DNA of 64,000 nucleotides from Schmidtea polychroa (lineage: Eukaryota). A program made the position numbers and the translations under genes. The notes under the pieces were generated by a model, which ran no database searches, was not told where the DNA came from, and worked only from the letters and a program-made list of their open reading frames with translations. Positions 46,157-58,941 of the stretch are shown here, in pieces (position 1 is the first letter of the stretch; each line of letters begins with the position of its first letter). The DNA lies in contig CM097885.1 in NCBI GenBank assembly GCA_044892525.1, positions 265,732,001-265,796,000 of the forward strand, read 5' to 3'.

Positions 46157-48339
46157 ATCTAGCGTTTATCGATCGAATTGATAAACAAACTGAACCTACT
46201 ACGTGTAACCAACAATGACTTAATTATTGGTTTATCTTAAATTTTTATTTCTATTTCTATTTCATCCACACTGGCAATGAATGATAGAATAAGTTCTCCA
46301 AGTCATCCATAATCAGAAATAGTTTAGTAATAAAATTAAATTGATTTATGGAGACAATTTGGCCTTAATATACACGTTAAGTTTTTTTGTGGTTGCATAG
46401 AAAATACACTAGTACTTAATTAACTCAAAATTGTGTGTTCTTTTTTCACCATGATGTTTGTGTACAGAACCAGACGATTTTCGCACTGTCCCTGGGATTT
46501 TGAATGCATTCATCGAATAAAGTACTTGTTATTTTGCTTATAGCAAACTGAATTTGGAAATGGTGTATTAAAAAATGTAAGAATAAAATTAGAAATATTA
46601 CATCTTGATAATTTATTTGGTGATTCATAGAATCATAAGAAGTTTACTGAACTAATTTATGTTTAAATGATTCTGTGAGATTAGATATTTACACATTATG
46701 TTCATAAAATATAAATTAGAATAAATTTCTATTCCTTGGGCCATGTGGGATGAACAATTGTTTATTTTTCAATAATGTAAATGACCTTTAGTGCATAACA
46801 ACTACCAAAACTATAGATCTCGTTTCTCAAACATCTAGTGGACTGAAAGAAACGAGCATTTAATCATTATCGATTGAAACTCATCACAAAATACAACGAA
46901 TATTTGAGTTGACTCATTATTAATGAATAAAGATGAATTGGGCAGATCATCGAGTCCTCAAGGGAGTGAAATCAACACTCAAAAACTAAAAGTTTAAGAG
47001 AAATTAAAAGGGTCAAAAATCTAAGTAGCCTTTTACCAAAAAAAAGTTGAACCAGGAGCGTAAACAAATGTACACCTTGATGAAGGCCCATAGCAGCACT
47101 TTTTCACGCTCGATAGGGAAGGGAGGATAGTTGATTTTACATATTCAAATATAAATATAAATGCAATGCAAATAAAAGAATTAAATGTAAAGAAAATGTT
47201 TAAGTCACCATTGATCAGCCAGGGCTGTCTCCACTGCAACATTGGTGCGTAGCCCCCTGAAGGGAACCACGCTCTGCTACCATGTTTAACACTTCAACTG
47301 ACTGTCTTTCGTCTAGCATCAGAAAATGGATGCCTATTTAGAAATTACTGCATTATTAGATAAATTTGTGAGACTTATTTTTGTGCTGTCTCTAGTTTTA
47401 ATTATTCTTCAGGATTATCCTTTAGAATTGCTAGACACTAATTTTTGGCGATTTTACTAAATTTTGTTGGGTATTTGTAGCACTCCAAATATTAATAAAA
47501 TAAAATATTTTAATTTCCGGCTTATACGCACGGAATAATATATTCTTTTTTTATCTTTTTTATTATATCATGCTATTATAGCAGATGTTATTATTATATT
47601 ATATTTATTTTATGCTTTTTCTTATAGCAATAGTCTTTTATAATATCTTTATTTAAAATATATTAATTTCCGGCTTGTACGCACGGAATATATAATTTTT
47701 TTAAAAATATTAAATATATAATATTCATTGTACTTTAAATAATTAATATTTTATAATAATTTTATAATTAATATTTAATAATTTTATTTAAATGTTAAAA
47801 TTGTAATAATTTTTTAATAATACCACAAACCATATCTGTACATCAATAGATACACAATTAAATAGAAATATATACACAAACAATTAGCAAATAATCGTCA
47901 AGAATAATCAAAAGATAAATAAATGATTGTCATAAAAGATAGAGTAAAATGTAAAAATATATACAAACTATCACTGAATAAAAATTAATCAATACATAAA
48001 TAATCAATTGTCCGTAAAGATAAATAAATGATTGTTACAAGAGATAGTCACATAAGGGATGATTTTTTCTGGATGGACTATTTCTGGATAGCTTGTTTCT
48101 GACTTCGTGAATCTATCGTCTTTCTACTGCGCATACGTTAAATTTTAATTAAAATATCTTTTACAAAGAGAATTAGTGTAAGGTTAATATTCAAAATGAT
48201 AATAATAAAGTTCCTTCAGTATTTTCAAGTCTGCAAAATAGCAATTTTGAAAATTTCTCCCTAATAAACCAAGTATATTCAATTAAAAAGATTATTAAAG
48301 TTATAAATAAAAAAATACGATATTAGGAAAACTGTCTTA

Positions 48340-49145
48340 AATTCACAAACGATAATATTTTTAAATATTACATCGATACCAATACCCGACTTAGGGCGAA
48401 TCGAGTAATGCCTTGGATAAAAATTATTATAAGTTATTAAATAATAGTCTTTACGGCAAGACCGTAGAGAATCTGAAAAGTCTGAATTTGCGGCTTTGTA
48501 ATTCGGCTTCTAAGCTAATTACATATACATCTAAACCAACGTTTAAAAGGACTTATGAAATTGACAGTGACTCAGTATCAGTCTTGCTAAATAAGGAAGC
48601 TATTTGTTTAGATAGACCCAGCTACATTGGCCAAACTGTACTGGACTTATCGAAATTTAGAATGTATCAGTTGCAGTATGAAGAGTTACAAAAATATCGT
48701 AACGAATTCAACAGTAAAATTAATATCGTTGCAGGTGATACGGATTTTTTTTTCCTTGAAGTTATTCATTGTAAACTTGATGTTCTTTTACCAGCCATGA
48801 TCCGAGATAATTTACTAGACACATCTAATTACGAACCTAGTCATCCATTATATAGTAGGGATCTTGATTCTGTCATTGGAAAGTTCAAAGACAAGAATAA
48901 AGGTCTTGAATATAGGGAGTGGGTTTTCTTAGGTCAAAATGTTATAGTTTGAAGAACTAACATTGAAAGGTAGTACATCAGTCGTACCTGGAATGTTATA
49001 ACACTAATCACATTTTTTCTATACCCCAAACTAAAATAACTAGATAAAACCACCAGCTATTCACCATAAAAAATGAAAAAACTGCACTTACCAACGCAGA
49101 TGATAAAAGGGTTTGGGTGGGGAAAAATAAGTTATGCATATGGGA
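48340..49145 (+). pseudogene. polB: Decayed Polinton polB fragment (motif B to C-terminus)
   Basis: YKLLNNSLYGKTVENL, AGDTDFFF, LTNADDKR, closely paralleling the intact PolB; frameshifts and deletions. Confidence 0.92.
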
Positions 49146-49149
49146 ATTA

Positions 49150-49636
49150 TATGGGAGGTAACTCATTTGCTGTTCAATAATTCGATCCGGTCCAACATTC
49201 ACGAGGTAGGAATAACAAAGGATAACATCACTTTAAAAGAAGAATTCAACATCTTCAAAAAAACTTCTATCAGCACAAAAATTCTTGAATCGCTTTATAA
49301 GGTATTGAAAACGGCGAAGCCGACTTCAACAGATTCCGAGAGAACTTTTTCGGTTTCTGGAAACTTTTGCAACTAAGATCAGATCTCGTCTCTCTTGTGT
49401 ATCACTTAATTCATTGGTGTTTCTAAAATATTATTATTTAAATGAAAAAATGCAGTAAATATAATTTTAGTTATATATATACTTATATATATATATATTT
49501 ATAAGAAATAAAAGAAGATTTGGTGAAGTTCCATATTAAACAATATTTTTAAAAGGTTATCTGGTAATCGCCGGATAAATTCAAAATGTCCATTCGATAA
49601 CCGCGGTTTCCGGAAATCCGGATATTTGGAAATCCT
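49150..49636 (+). pseudogene. 3' relic of a hAT transposon (dimerisation domain)
   Basis: KPTSTDSERTFSVSG...RSRLS motif. Confidence 0.7.
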
Positions 49637-50753
49637 AGTTATAAAGTTAATCAGAAATCTAACATTGACCTTATTTTACTGCACACTAGACTAACTACAT
49701 CGTCTACTAAACGTTTTTTTGTTTGCGGCACACTAAGAAACGGCCTTTTGTTTTGCGACACACTAAATAAAATATATCGGAAAAATTTAATATAACTTAT
49801 GAATATAAGCAAAAATATACAAATTCTTTAGTGTATTAATAACAAAGATCCTTATTATTTTATTGAGATATAATGCACATATATAGAAACTAAAATCTCG
49901 CAAACGAGCAATAGTTGAACTATCATTTCAAAATTGCGATATTCATATTTTCATATATTTTCATATTCATATTTTGGTTTTAAATTTCTAAAATGTATGT
50001 TTAAAAAAACAAAATTAAAATAATTTACCATTTTCAAAAAAAAAATATTCATATTTTGGTTTTAAATTTCTAAAATGTATGTTTAAAAAAACAAAATTAA
50101 AATAATTTACCATTTTCAAAAATTCTGGAAATATCTATGAGATCTTCATTCTGCGTGATCTCGAACCAATCTCCAATTAAAAGACCTAAAATAATATTAA
50201 TAAAATTAATTGAAATAATAAAATTTATCATTGCCTTCATGTTCCATTGAATTTCCTCCTAAATTGGTAAGAATCAACTTGAGTAGTTTCTAACCATTTT
50301 AACGAAGAAGAATTTTCTTTGTGGGAAAACAAAAGTAAAAAATTACATTTGTGGTCATATTTGATATGATTAAAGTTTAAAATATTATAAANNNNNNNNN
50401 NNNNNNNNNNNNNNNNNNNNNNNNNNNNNNNNNNNNNNNNNNNNNNNNNNNNNNNNNNNNNNNNNNNNNNNNNNNNNNNNNNNNNNNNNNNNNNNNNNNN
50501 NNNNNNNNNNNNNNNNNNNNNNNNNNNNNNNNNNNNNTATAAAATAAAAATAAAAACACCAACATTTTTCTTTGACATCTTCGGCATTCATAATTATTCA
50601 ATCGGGGGCTTAATTTAATTTTTCATAATGCTGGGTCTTGTGTCGGGTCAGAAAAACATTTTTACATACTAGGGGTTGATTGTCCTAATTGGACATGCAG
50701 ATATTATCGTTCCACGGGACCCTTAACCAAAACACACACGATCATACTTCGAG

Positions 50754-50835
50754 CATGACACCCATGATTTGCATCATGTTGGTGCTGTGCCATGTCGGCG
50801 AGTTACGATGGAGCCTTAGGACTACTCCTTCATCG
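50754..50835 (-). ncRNA. Conserved structured RNA motif, copy D
   Basis: CGATG/CATCG around GAGTAGTCCTAAGGCTC; CATGGCAC/GTGTCATG; AGCACCAA x G; CATGA/TCATG. Confidence 0.6.
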
Positions 50836-52761
50836 CAGCTCGACTTCACCAACACTTGTCTGCCGTTAGAAGGTGTTACGTCATTTCCATCATTCCTAGA
50901 AAATCATGCATCATTCCGGTTATCGACCAGTCTCTATTACGACACCCAATTCGCCGATTTATCTTTATCCAATACTCAATCAAACCCTCATAATCAGTTC
51001 ATCCGTCTCTCCACGCAAGAAAATACATTTATAAGCGACAACAAGATATATTTATAAAGACATGACCAGAAATTACACTCATAATTAACATCATAGACAG
51101 CATAGGAATCGAATCATAAGATGTTCGGGGAAGTTCCTGAAAAGATCTCGATAAGATCGAAAAAATCTCTGGCGTTTTCTTCCCATGACGTGCTGGTTGG
51201 CGGAACTACCGTGAAGACAGGAGGAGAACGAAGTATGGATTCCGTAGGAGGCATCGAGCTGGTGGTTGAGCGGAGGCGATCAGAGCCGCTTCTCTTTCGG
51301 CCTGGAGGGCCATTCTTCTTTTGGCGCGCTCGGCCCTAGAGGGTTGCCGGCGTTTGGTACCTTTCTTTACCTCCGGGAGAGTGACCAGGGTCGTTAGGTC
51401 TACCACTCTTGGAGCAGCTCGACTTGTGCCTGTGCAGATGACTTCGGCCGGAACCGTCGGCTGGGAAGTATTCGAATGGCTCAAATATGCCTGATTGATT
51501 GATTTGGTCAATGATATCCCCGAGAAGTGGTGGGGCGGGAATAGGTTGTCTTCTTCTGCGATGGGGATGTTTACTATTTTCTTTGTAATTGATGCTTGCC
51601 AATAAACCTTGTGCAGCGCTTCCGACTGTTATTTGATTAGGATGCGTAAGGCACGATTTTCTGCTAATAAATCGTCTCGGGACTTCTCCACTCGGGTGAG
51701 TCTCATCCTCACCTTCATTTGTGCTGGGGAGAAATAAGTCCCCTCCAGGTGGTCTGACTTCTTCTTAAGGAGGCCATTCTGAGTTTGAAGGGTCTGGATC
51801 AGATGATTTTTGTTAGCGCAAGAAAAACATTTGCGCAAGACTGGTATTTGCTGGAATTTTAGACATCCTGAATAATTGAAAGAATTTTATTAATATCGGG
51901 CTTTCCAGAATCAGACTATCCCGCACACTCCATCAGATGTTACGGTATCAAACCAGACAGCAAAAATTAAAGGTAATGATAATGAATAAAAAATCAATCA
52001 ATCCACGTACGTGTGCGGTAGAAACGTCGGAGCTCTATTTAACTTAAAAATGAAAGAGACTTTAATTTTATTATCATCCATTTTGATCTTACGCACGTCT
52101 GAAATTATTCATTTTACCCAAAATTTTGGTAAGCGAAATTAGATTCATCATTATCATTCAACTCACTACACACGCCTCAAAAAACTTTATTTATTAATGT
52201 AACCTATAAGTTCGGTCGATAGGAAAATCTGTCGAAGTCGGGCCGGAGATCCCTACCCCCTTATGCGGGTTCCTGCTCCTGGCTGGGAGATGAGTGTTTT
52301 AAACCCGAGAAACATTTAATTAAAAACTTAATTTTAATGCGTATAATAATTGCATTATAATATTTAGCAATTTGGCTATTGGATCGACTCTCGCGATCTT
52401 ATCAGTATGGCTTTTTGGATTATTATCTCGTATAGTTATCACTTTTAATAACTCGCCTTCATGATTGATGTAATATTACCAGTGCCATTATACGTCTCTG
52501 TGAAGTTATCTCTGTATATTAGACGTGATTCGATTAGTAAAAGTGCAGGTGTCTGATTAACTGGCTTCCCTTTCAACTCATGTGTAAGTGATTGTCAATC
52601 GTGCGATATTCAGGTACGCGCATTTTGGCACATGGATGTTATTCGAATGAGTAGATTTAACATGTGAATACTAAGCTATACGTGCGATAGCGTTATGTCG
52701 GTGTGATCGATGGTCTAAAAATTATCGGCTGTTATGATTGTCGATCTGATGGCGTTCATAT

Positions 52762-55274
52762 TAGGGTGGAGCTTAAAAATTAAAAAAAATTAAAAAAAGT
52801 ATTTTTGAAAGTCTTACCCTCCTAATCTGTTCCTTATAATATAGAAACACTACATAAAAAGTTTGAATAATAAATTATTGTGTTTAGGGGTAGCTCAAGT
52901 GCTTCAAATTTACCAAAATTATGAAAATTACATAAATTCTCAATTTATTTGTAACAAATCAGTATAAATTTTTCAACACAATTAGATTGCAATCTCAGTT
53001 CAGTTTTGGGAAGAGTTCAGGGTGTCAGTTCAACAATTTCCAAATTTATTGTTTATGTGGTACTCCAGACATAGTTTGTTTCCTGCTGTCAGGGTACATT
53101 CGACGATGATCCTCGACAACTTGCAGGAGGAATTGTAACTGTGATTCATCGTGAGTTAACAAGCCGCTGTATTCCTGAATTAAGGCAACTCCACGTTCGG
53201 CATGATCATTTACTACTTTCAGTGACTTGACTGTTTCCTTTGCTTGCCTGAAATCATCTCTGTCCTCCCACAAATCAGGATCAACCGCGAGGAATCCATG
53301 TGGAACACTGGCAGGCGATCGACCTTCTCTTTTCCAATTAGGTCAGGGATAAGTTTCCCGTCCCAGTGAACAACAAGGGGAACGTTGCCCTGAAACTCAG
53401 CCTTTATGTTTGCTGATCTCTGGACTCTGTGTTCAACTCTGTGTCGTCGAATTGAATCTCTGTTTAGAGCAAGTTCATCAATGTTATGTCCCAAGCTTTT
53501 GGCGGTCTCTGCAATAACGAAAACGGCCTTGCGGTCTGAAACTTTTGTTCGATCCAGTGCTGCCGCAAGTTCAGGAGTGACAACAGTTTTTCGTCCCCTT
53601 TTTCTCTTTGGTGTCCTAAATGCTATACTTCCAACAGCCTCCTCACATGCATCATTCTCAGTTTCCATCTTCTCTGTGTCTTCTGTTGAACTGTTTTCTG
53701 AACCAGATGAAGCCAATTCCACTGTAGACTCTGCAAACTGTTTCATTTCAATCATTTGCTGTCGCTTAGCAAGCATTTTCTTATCTCTTTCAGATGCCCT
53801 TTTCTCTTTGGAAGCAAGCTTTTCATCTACCCCAGCCATCGACCCTCTTCTTCCTTTCTCTCGCTGTGCTAGTAAGAAATCTTTATCTTCTTGTAAAACT
53901 GATTTCATGTTCAGAGTATCGGCGTGAGCGACATCAAAAAGATCATCGAGCCTGGAAATAAAAGCCGCCTCTCTTGAGAGTTGAGTTGGTGAAGCTCGTG
54001 TTTTGTTCTTCTTGAGAAGACGCCATTCCTCAAATGTCTTCTCCAGCTTGGTTTGACAGTTTTGATGTTCTCTCATCGGGATTCTAGCTTTCAGCCAAAA
54101 CTTTGATATTTCAGTGATGGTAACAGCCGACGATTGTCTTATGGTTTCCTTCAGTTCGAGATGGTGATGCAGGAAGAATCCAAGAGTCATACGCAATGAC
54201 GGCAACTTGCTGCCGGTTAATACAGTCACAGAGTCCCCAAGAAGATACAGCTGGTTCTGAGATCTTGTTGCTTGTGCCATAGATGACATTTTTCATCAGC
54301 TCAATTAGTCTGAAAAAAATTAGAAAAGGCATTTTTATCAATCATTTGGCATTTGGAATCACGAATTTTACCATTTTAAACATGAAACATTAAAAACAGT
54401 TATTTAGCAGTGTTAACTCAACAATAATTGTAATAATAAAGTAGAGCAATATGCCTCAATCAAGCAAACATTCTGAATTGCCATACTGCTGCAACAATTC
54501 TAAAAATATTTGGACTCAACCAGTCAACCTCCACACTGCAATACACAGATTGTCAAATAAGGTCATACACATTACACAATCAAACACATACACACACAAA
54601 TTACACATATTTGAAACTTTAAGATAAACCATAAACCTGTAACATGTGTTACTACATTGTATAAATTTAAAAATAATTTCAAATACCTGGTTTGCTGTAG
54701 TGTAGTGTTGATGAAAAAATAATCACATTTACAAATTTATCACTATTTCAATCATTAATAATAAATAGAAACAAAAATTGTATTTCTTCTGCTTAAGTTA
54801 GCAAAATGGCTGTCAGCTTTGGTAGTCTATTGCACTGCCTCTAACCTGTGAATAAGTAAGCAAACCTACATGCATCAAGGGCAAAAGTTAGTTACTTTTA
54901 TTAGAAATTAAAAAACACTAAGCTGATGCAAAAATTTTATGATAATAATGATAATTACGTAATATCATAAGTTTAGTTTTATTTTGTTTGAATGAACAAT
55001 TCCAGCTATTATTGATTGTAATGATTAAAAATGATTAAAGCCCCCTAACCAGTAACCACACGGCTTGTGAAATATATTTTACACTGAAAGAATACAATTA
55101 TGGACCCGTCGGAGTCTGACGACCAGAGTGCTGGAAACTTCACCGTCATTGAGCTACCTCTAAATATTGTTCAATTGTGCTCATATGTTGTCTGAATTAT
55201 TATTTCATAAATAGGAACAAAATTAGAGGGTAAGAAGATCATATTTCAAAAGTTAAAAAATAAGCTCCACCCTA
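52762..55274 (-). mobile_element. hAT-related (hATm-like) transposon with an internal deletion of the catalytic core
   Basis: TIR TAGGGTGGAGCTTA; 8-bp TSD GTTCATAT. The ORF jumps from VHWDGK...DRLPV to the C-terminal VVNDHAERGV near 53310. Confidence 0.88.
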
Positions 55275-57055
55275 GTTCATATCGCCTAAAAATGTGCTTA
55301 GCTGATTGTGATATTTTGTGGAACTGGACGACGTAAATTATCTCGAACTAGACTTTACGGGCGAGAGAGTTCTTACTGCGATTCAGATTTTTGGGCAGTT
55401 CCCCTGAGGAAAATATGATTAGCACAACGTGGTTTTGGAGGCGAGTCATTTAATGCTTTGATATTAAATCACTTTGTATTTCGAAACTCTTTGGAATGGA
55501 GACTTATTTCGGTTATTTTAAATTTAAAGTCAGTACAAATTGACTCTTCTATCGAATCTTATGTGTTTTAATTGTCAGCAACGAAATTTTTTATTCGTCG
55601 AAACTATCGTCTCCTCATGCATGAGTGGTATGTTTACCTGTCCTTCGCATAAGGTTGTTAGTGCAAGAAGTCTCGATATTCAAATCGCGGTGAAAACCAT
55701 TATTGTATTTCGAATATGTCTAACAATTCTGACTGACTCATCTATTACGACACGATATAAAAATAGCGATTTTTGGTGAAGATGGTATCTTTCACTTTAT
55801 TTAGCATTCCGATGATTATTAGAGAACATTAATATCGTGAAAATAGAGATTGAACTTTCGACGCGAGACCAGATCGGCACTGTATATGATTATCAGAAGA
55901 TTATAACGATGACAGATACAGCTCGAGAATTATGAGTTTCTGCAGTGATGCTCGACGGACGATGATTCGATCACCTTAGTCATTGCAAAGGGTCACACAC
56001 GCTCTTTAATGGAAAATCTCGCATTTCTCAATTGTACCATTTTGTTCTGCCGACTTTACTCTTCTCCTGTGGCGACAGATCAGTGAGGAAACCCCTACAA
56101 TGACCCGTTTTCAACCACTGCGCCGCTGAAGTAACATCTGACCTTCTGGCAAGAGGAACAACTGGTGTCCCTCGAACTGTGGCCAGCTGAACCTCAGCTT
56201 CGCGGAATGCATTAAAATTCATCATATGTGAGCATATTAAATATCAAAATTCCATAAAAATTCAGTTAAATCGTGAAAATTTAATTAATTAAATGGTAAA
56301 CAAGGAGAACACCTCATTAAAAAAAAATTATGTAATTTACTAAAACTCCAAATCATACTCAAAAGATTTAATTTACTAAACATCTCTGATTCAAAATATA
56401 AACAAAATTTTACTTGGTTTCTTAACTATCTTTCCGCCGAATGAAAAATATGGATCCTCGAGTGATTCGTTGATTCGAAAGTCTCTGGGAATAGTCTTTG
56501 ATTTTCTCCGAGTTGCTGTATGAACTTAAAACTTAAAAATTGGTTGGTTAACACTGGTATCAAATATGTGTAAACTTACCTTAAAAATTGGTTGGTTAAC
56601 ACTGAAAATTTCATTTCAGTGTTTCCCTTATATACTTAATTTTGTGTTTGTGCGGACCAATCAAAATTGAGCGCGGTGTAATTCTTTATTTTAATTCGGT
56701 TTCTTAGTTTTTCGTAGTTTTCCTAGTGTTTCCTTATCGTTTTCTTTATTTTTTATTTATTTTCTTATTTCTTATTTAATTTTTCTTATTTTACTATTTT
56801 TTCCGGTTTTCTTATCTTAATTTTTCATTTTTATTTTTTGTTTTAATTCTCCTTAGCTAATTTGTTATTATTTATTCCTATTGTTTATTCGTCTGGATTT
56901 TTAATTTATTTTCGATTTGTTTCTGATTTTTATTTTATTTCCTAGTGTTCACCTTTCTAGTTATCACCTTTCTTTCCAACTCAACAAATCACTCGGGGAC
57001 CCGACAAAATTGCGTCCCGCAATTACATACCTAAATTATTTTCATAGGGTATTAT

Positions 57056-58618
57056 TTACATAGGAAATGTGTACAGTGTTGTGCCAGTCTGATTTTTACA
57101 GCGTAGAGCAACATGCTGATCGAAGGCATTCTTATATCTAAAGCCATTTAAACAATGTGGGCACCAGTTACACCTTATTTGACAATTGACATTTTCATTT
57201 AAATGACAATTCATTAATTTGCCCAAGTCTGTAACGGCCGTATAGTGATATTTATCTTTATTACTCAAAAGTAATAAATAAATCGGCCTACCGTCTATAA
57301 CCTTGGAGCGATGTATAATATTAAGATGAGGGTGGTGAGCAACATAATCCTCAGAAATATCAGAATCAGAACTGGACGGATTATAAGATAAAACATAAGA
57401 TAAAATACACAAGTTTAAGTCAGGATTTTTCCTTTCGAATTTGAGAATGTTACACAGTCTCATCGGGCAATCTGTGTCTTCATCATAATTTAAAAGATGT
57501 AAAAATTCGTAATATTTGGCGGCTCTTTGATGATTACGACCTATTTCTTCTCTTTTTAAAAGTGCAAGAATGCTATACAAGAAACACTTATGGTCGTTGT
57601 TTTTAACATTAATTATTGCGTGTTTTAATTTTAATGCTGATGGGGTTTTTATATAACTATGTCCGGATAATCTACTAACGGGTGCGTATTTCGTTAAAAT
57701 AAAATCAATTTCTAAGATATTCATTACTCGCCACCCGCTTCCTAAATAAGTAAATTACTCAATCTTTTCATTTAATTTGCTCACCCCCTCGTTTATAAAG
57801 TTGTCTGTAAAAACTTGCGCATTGTTGGAAAAATTATTATCCCGGATCTCCCCATCTTTTTCAAATTTGATTAAAATTGTGAATTGAATTTTTACTTTGC
57901 CCATTTTTCTATTTCTGCTATTAACCTTTCTTCAATTTTAGATGTTAGGGCTATTTTTATCAATTTTTCGTTCCTTATATCAAACTTTAACGTTTTTCGC
58001 GATCCGTTCAAATCGGATTCTACAACAGGTTCAAACAAAGAGCCGCCTATTTGACATATGTTAAAAGACGTTGAAGCTACACATTCATCATCACTGATGA
58101 CTATCACTTCTTGTTGTGTAAAGGGTGCTTTTTGTGTGAACGATGTTGAAGCTACACATTCATCTTTGCTGATGACTATCACTTCAGGTCGCGATAATTT
58201 ATTAGGAATAGAATTTTTAATTAAAGCAGCAGGTCTTTTAATAGGATCTTTTTTAATAATATTTTTAATAGAATCTTTTATAATATTTTTTTAAATATTT
58301 TTTATATCTTTAATATCTTTTTTAATATCGTCTTTTTTAATAATATTTTTTATATCTTGTAAATTTTTTTGTAAATTTTTTTATTTATTTTTTTATTTAT
58401 TTTTTTAAATAAATCATTTTTTGGTATCGAAAATTGCCCTAAGTGATTACGGTGTTTGTTAAAAAATGCTTTATATTTTATTTTTTCGCTAGTTACGCAT
58501 TTGGGGCATTTAAAAAAGTTGATGCAGTTGAATACTTTTCGATAGTATTTCTTCATAGTACGATGACATTCATCGCTATGACCAATTGATGCTTGACAAT
58601 AATTTGGATATAGTCGAC
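57056..58618 (-). pseudogene. polB: Decayed 5' half of a divergent Polinton polB
   Basis: NYCQ..H.DEC..MKKYY...CPKC...HRNHL, VIVISDDE, QIGGS, NVKNNDHKCFLYSIL, KYHY, WCPHCLNGF, all collinear with the intact PolB N-terminus. Confidence 0.9.
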
Positions 58619-58800
58619 CTGATAAATATTAACATTAAAGTTTTAGTGTTTTTCTATATAGAAAACTATTTGTTACATCTATAAGGACGATAAATCCTTA
58701 TAGAAAATAGGTTATAATTCAATATTTGAGAATATATTAAATATTAGAGACTACATTGGATGGGGACTTATTATTATTTATATTATTATATTAAAGAGAA

Positions 58801-58858
58801 GTAGCTGCATTCTCACTGCAGACTACTATGTAGCTGCATGCTCACTGCAGACTACTGT
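58801..58858 (-). repeat. 29-bp tandem duplication; candidate Polinton terminus (AGTAGTCTGCAGTGAGCATGCAGCTAC)
   Basis: Two units are visible. The minus strand starts AGTAGT and has two TGCA, like the intact terminus. Confidence 0.45.
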
Positions 58859-58869
58859 AGATGGGGTCA

Positions 58870-58872
58870 GAA

Positions 58873-58940
<68 letters not shown>
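58870..58940. repeat. (ATT)n microsatellite (a similar (AAT)n lies at ~43065-43115)
   Basis: Directly visible. Confidence 0.95.

Positions 58941-58941
<1 letters not shown>

Larger units (their letters stand above)
50641..57006 (-). mobile_element. Multi-kb LTR copy D (~3.8 kb net of the nested hAT)
   Basis: 9-bp inverted termini TGTCGGGTC/GACCCGACA; A-rich head, CCAAT at 56657, CFSCA ORF homolog 51206-51838, structured motif 50754-50835. No TSD found. Confidence 0.7.

Noticed and set aside
49955-50125. ~80-bp tandem duplication, and a ~30-bp direct repeat at 47510/47665
   Set aside because: AT-rich local duplications with no termini, coding capacity or structure to support a functional call.
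50637-57010. TSD for LTR copy D
   Set aside because: The flanks CTTG and AAAT do not match; probably lost by deletion or recombination.
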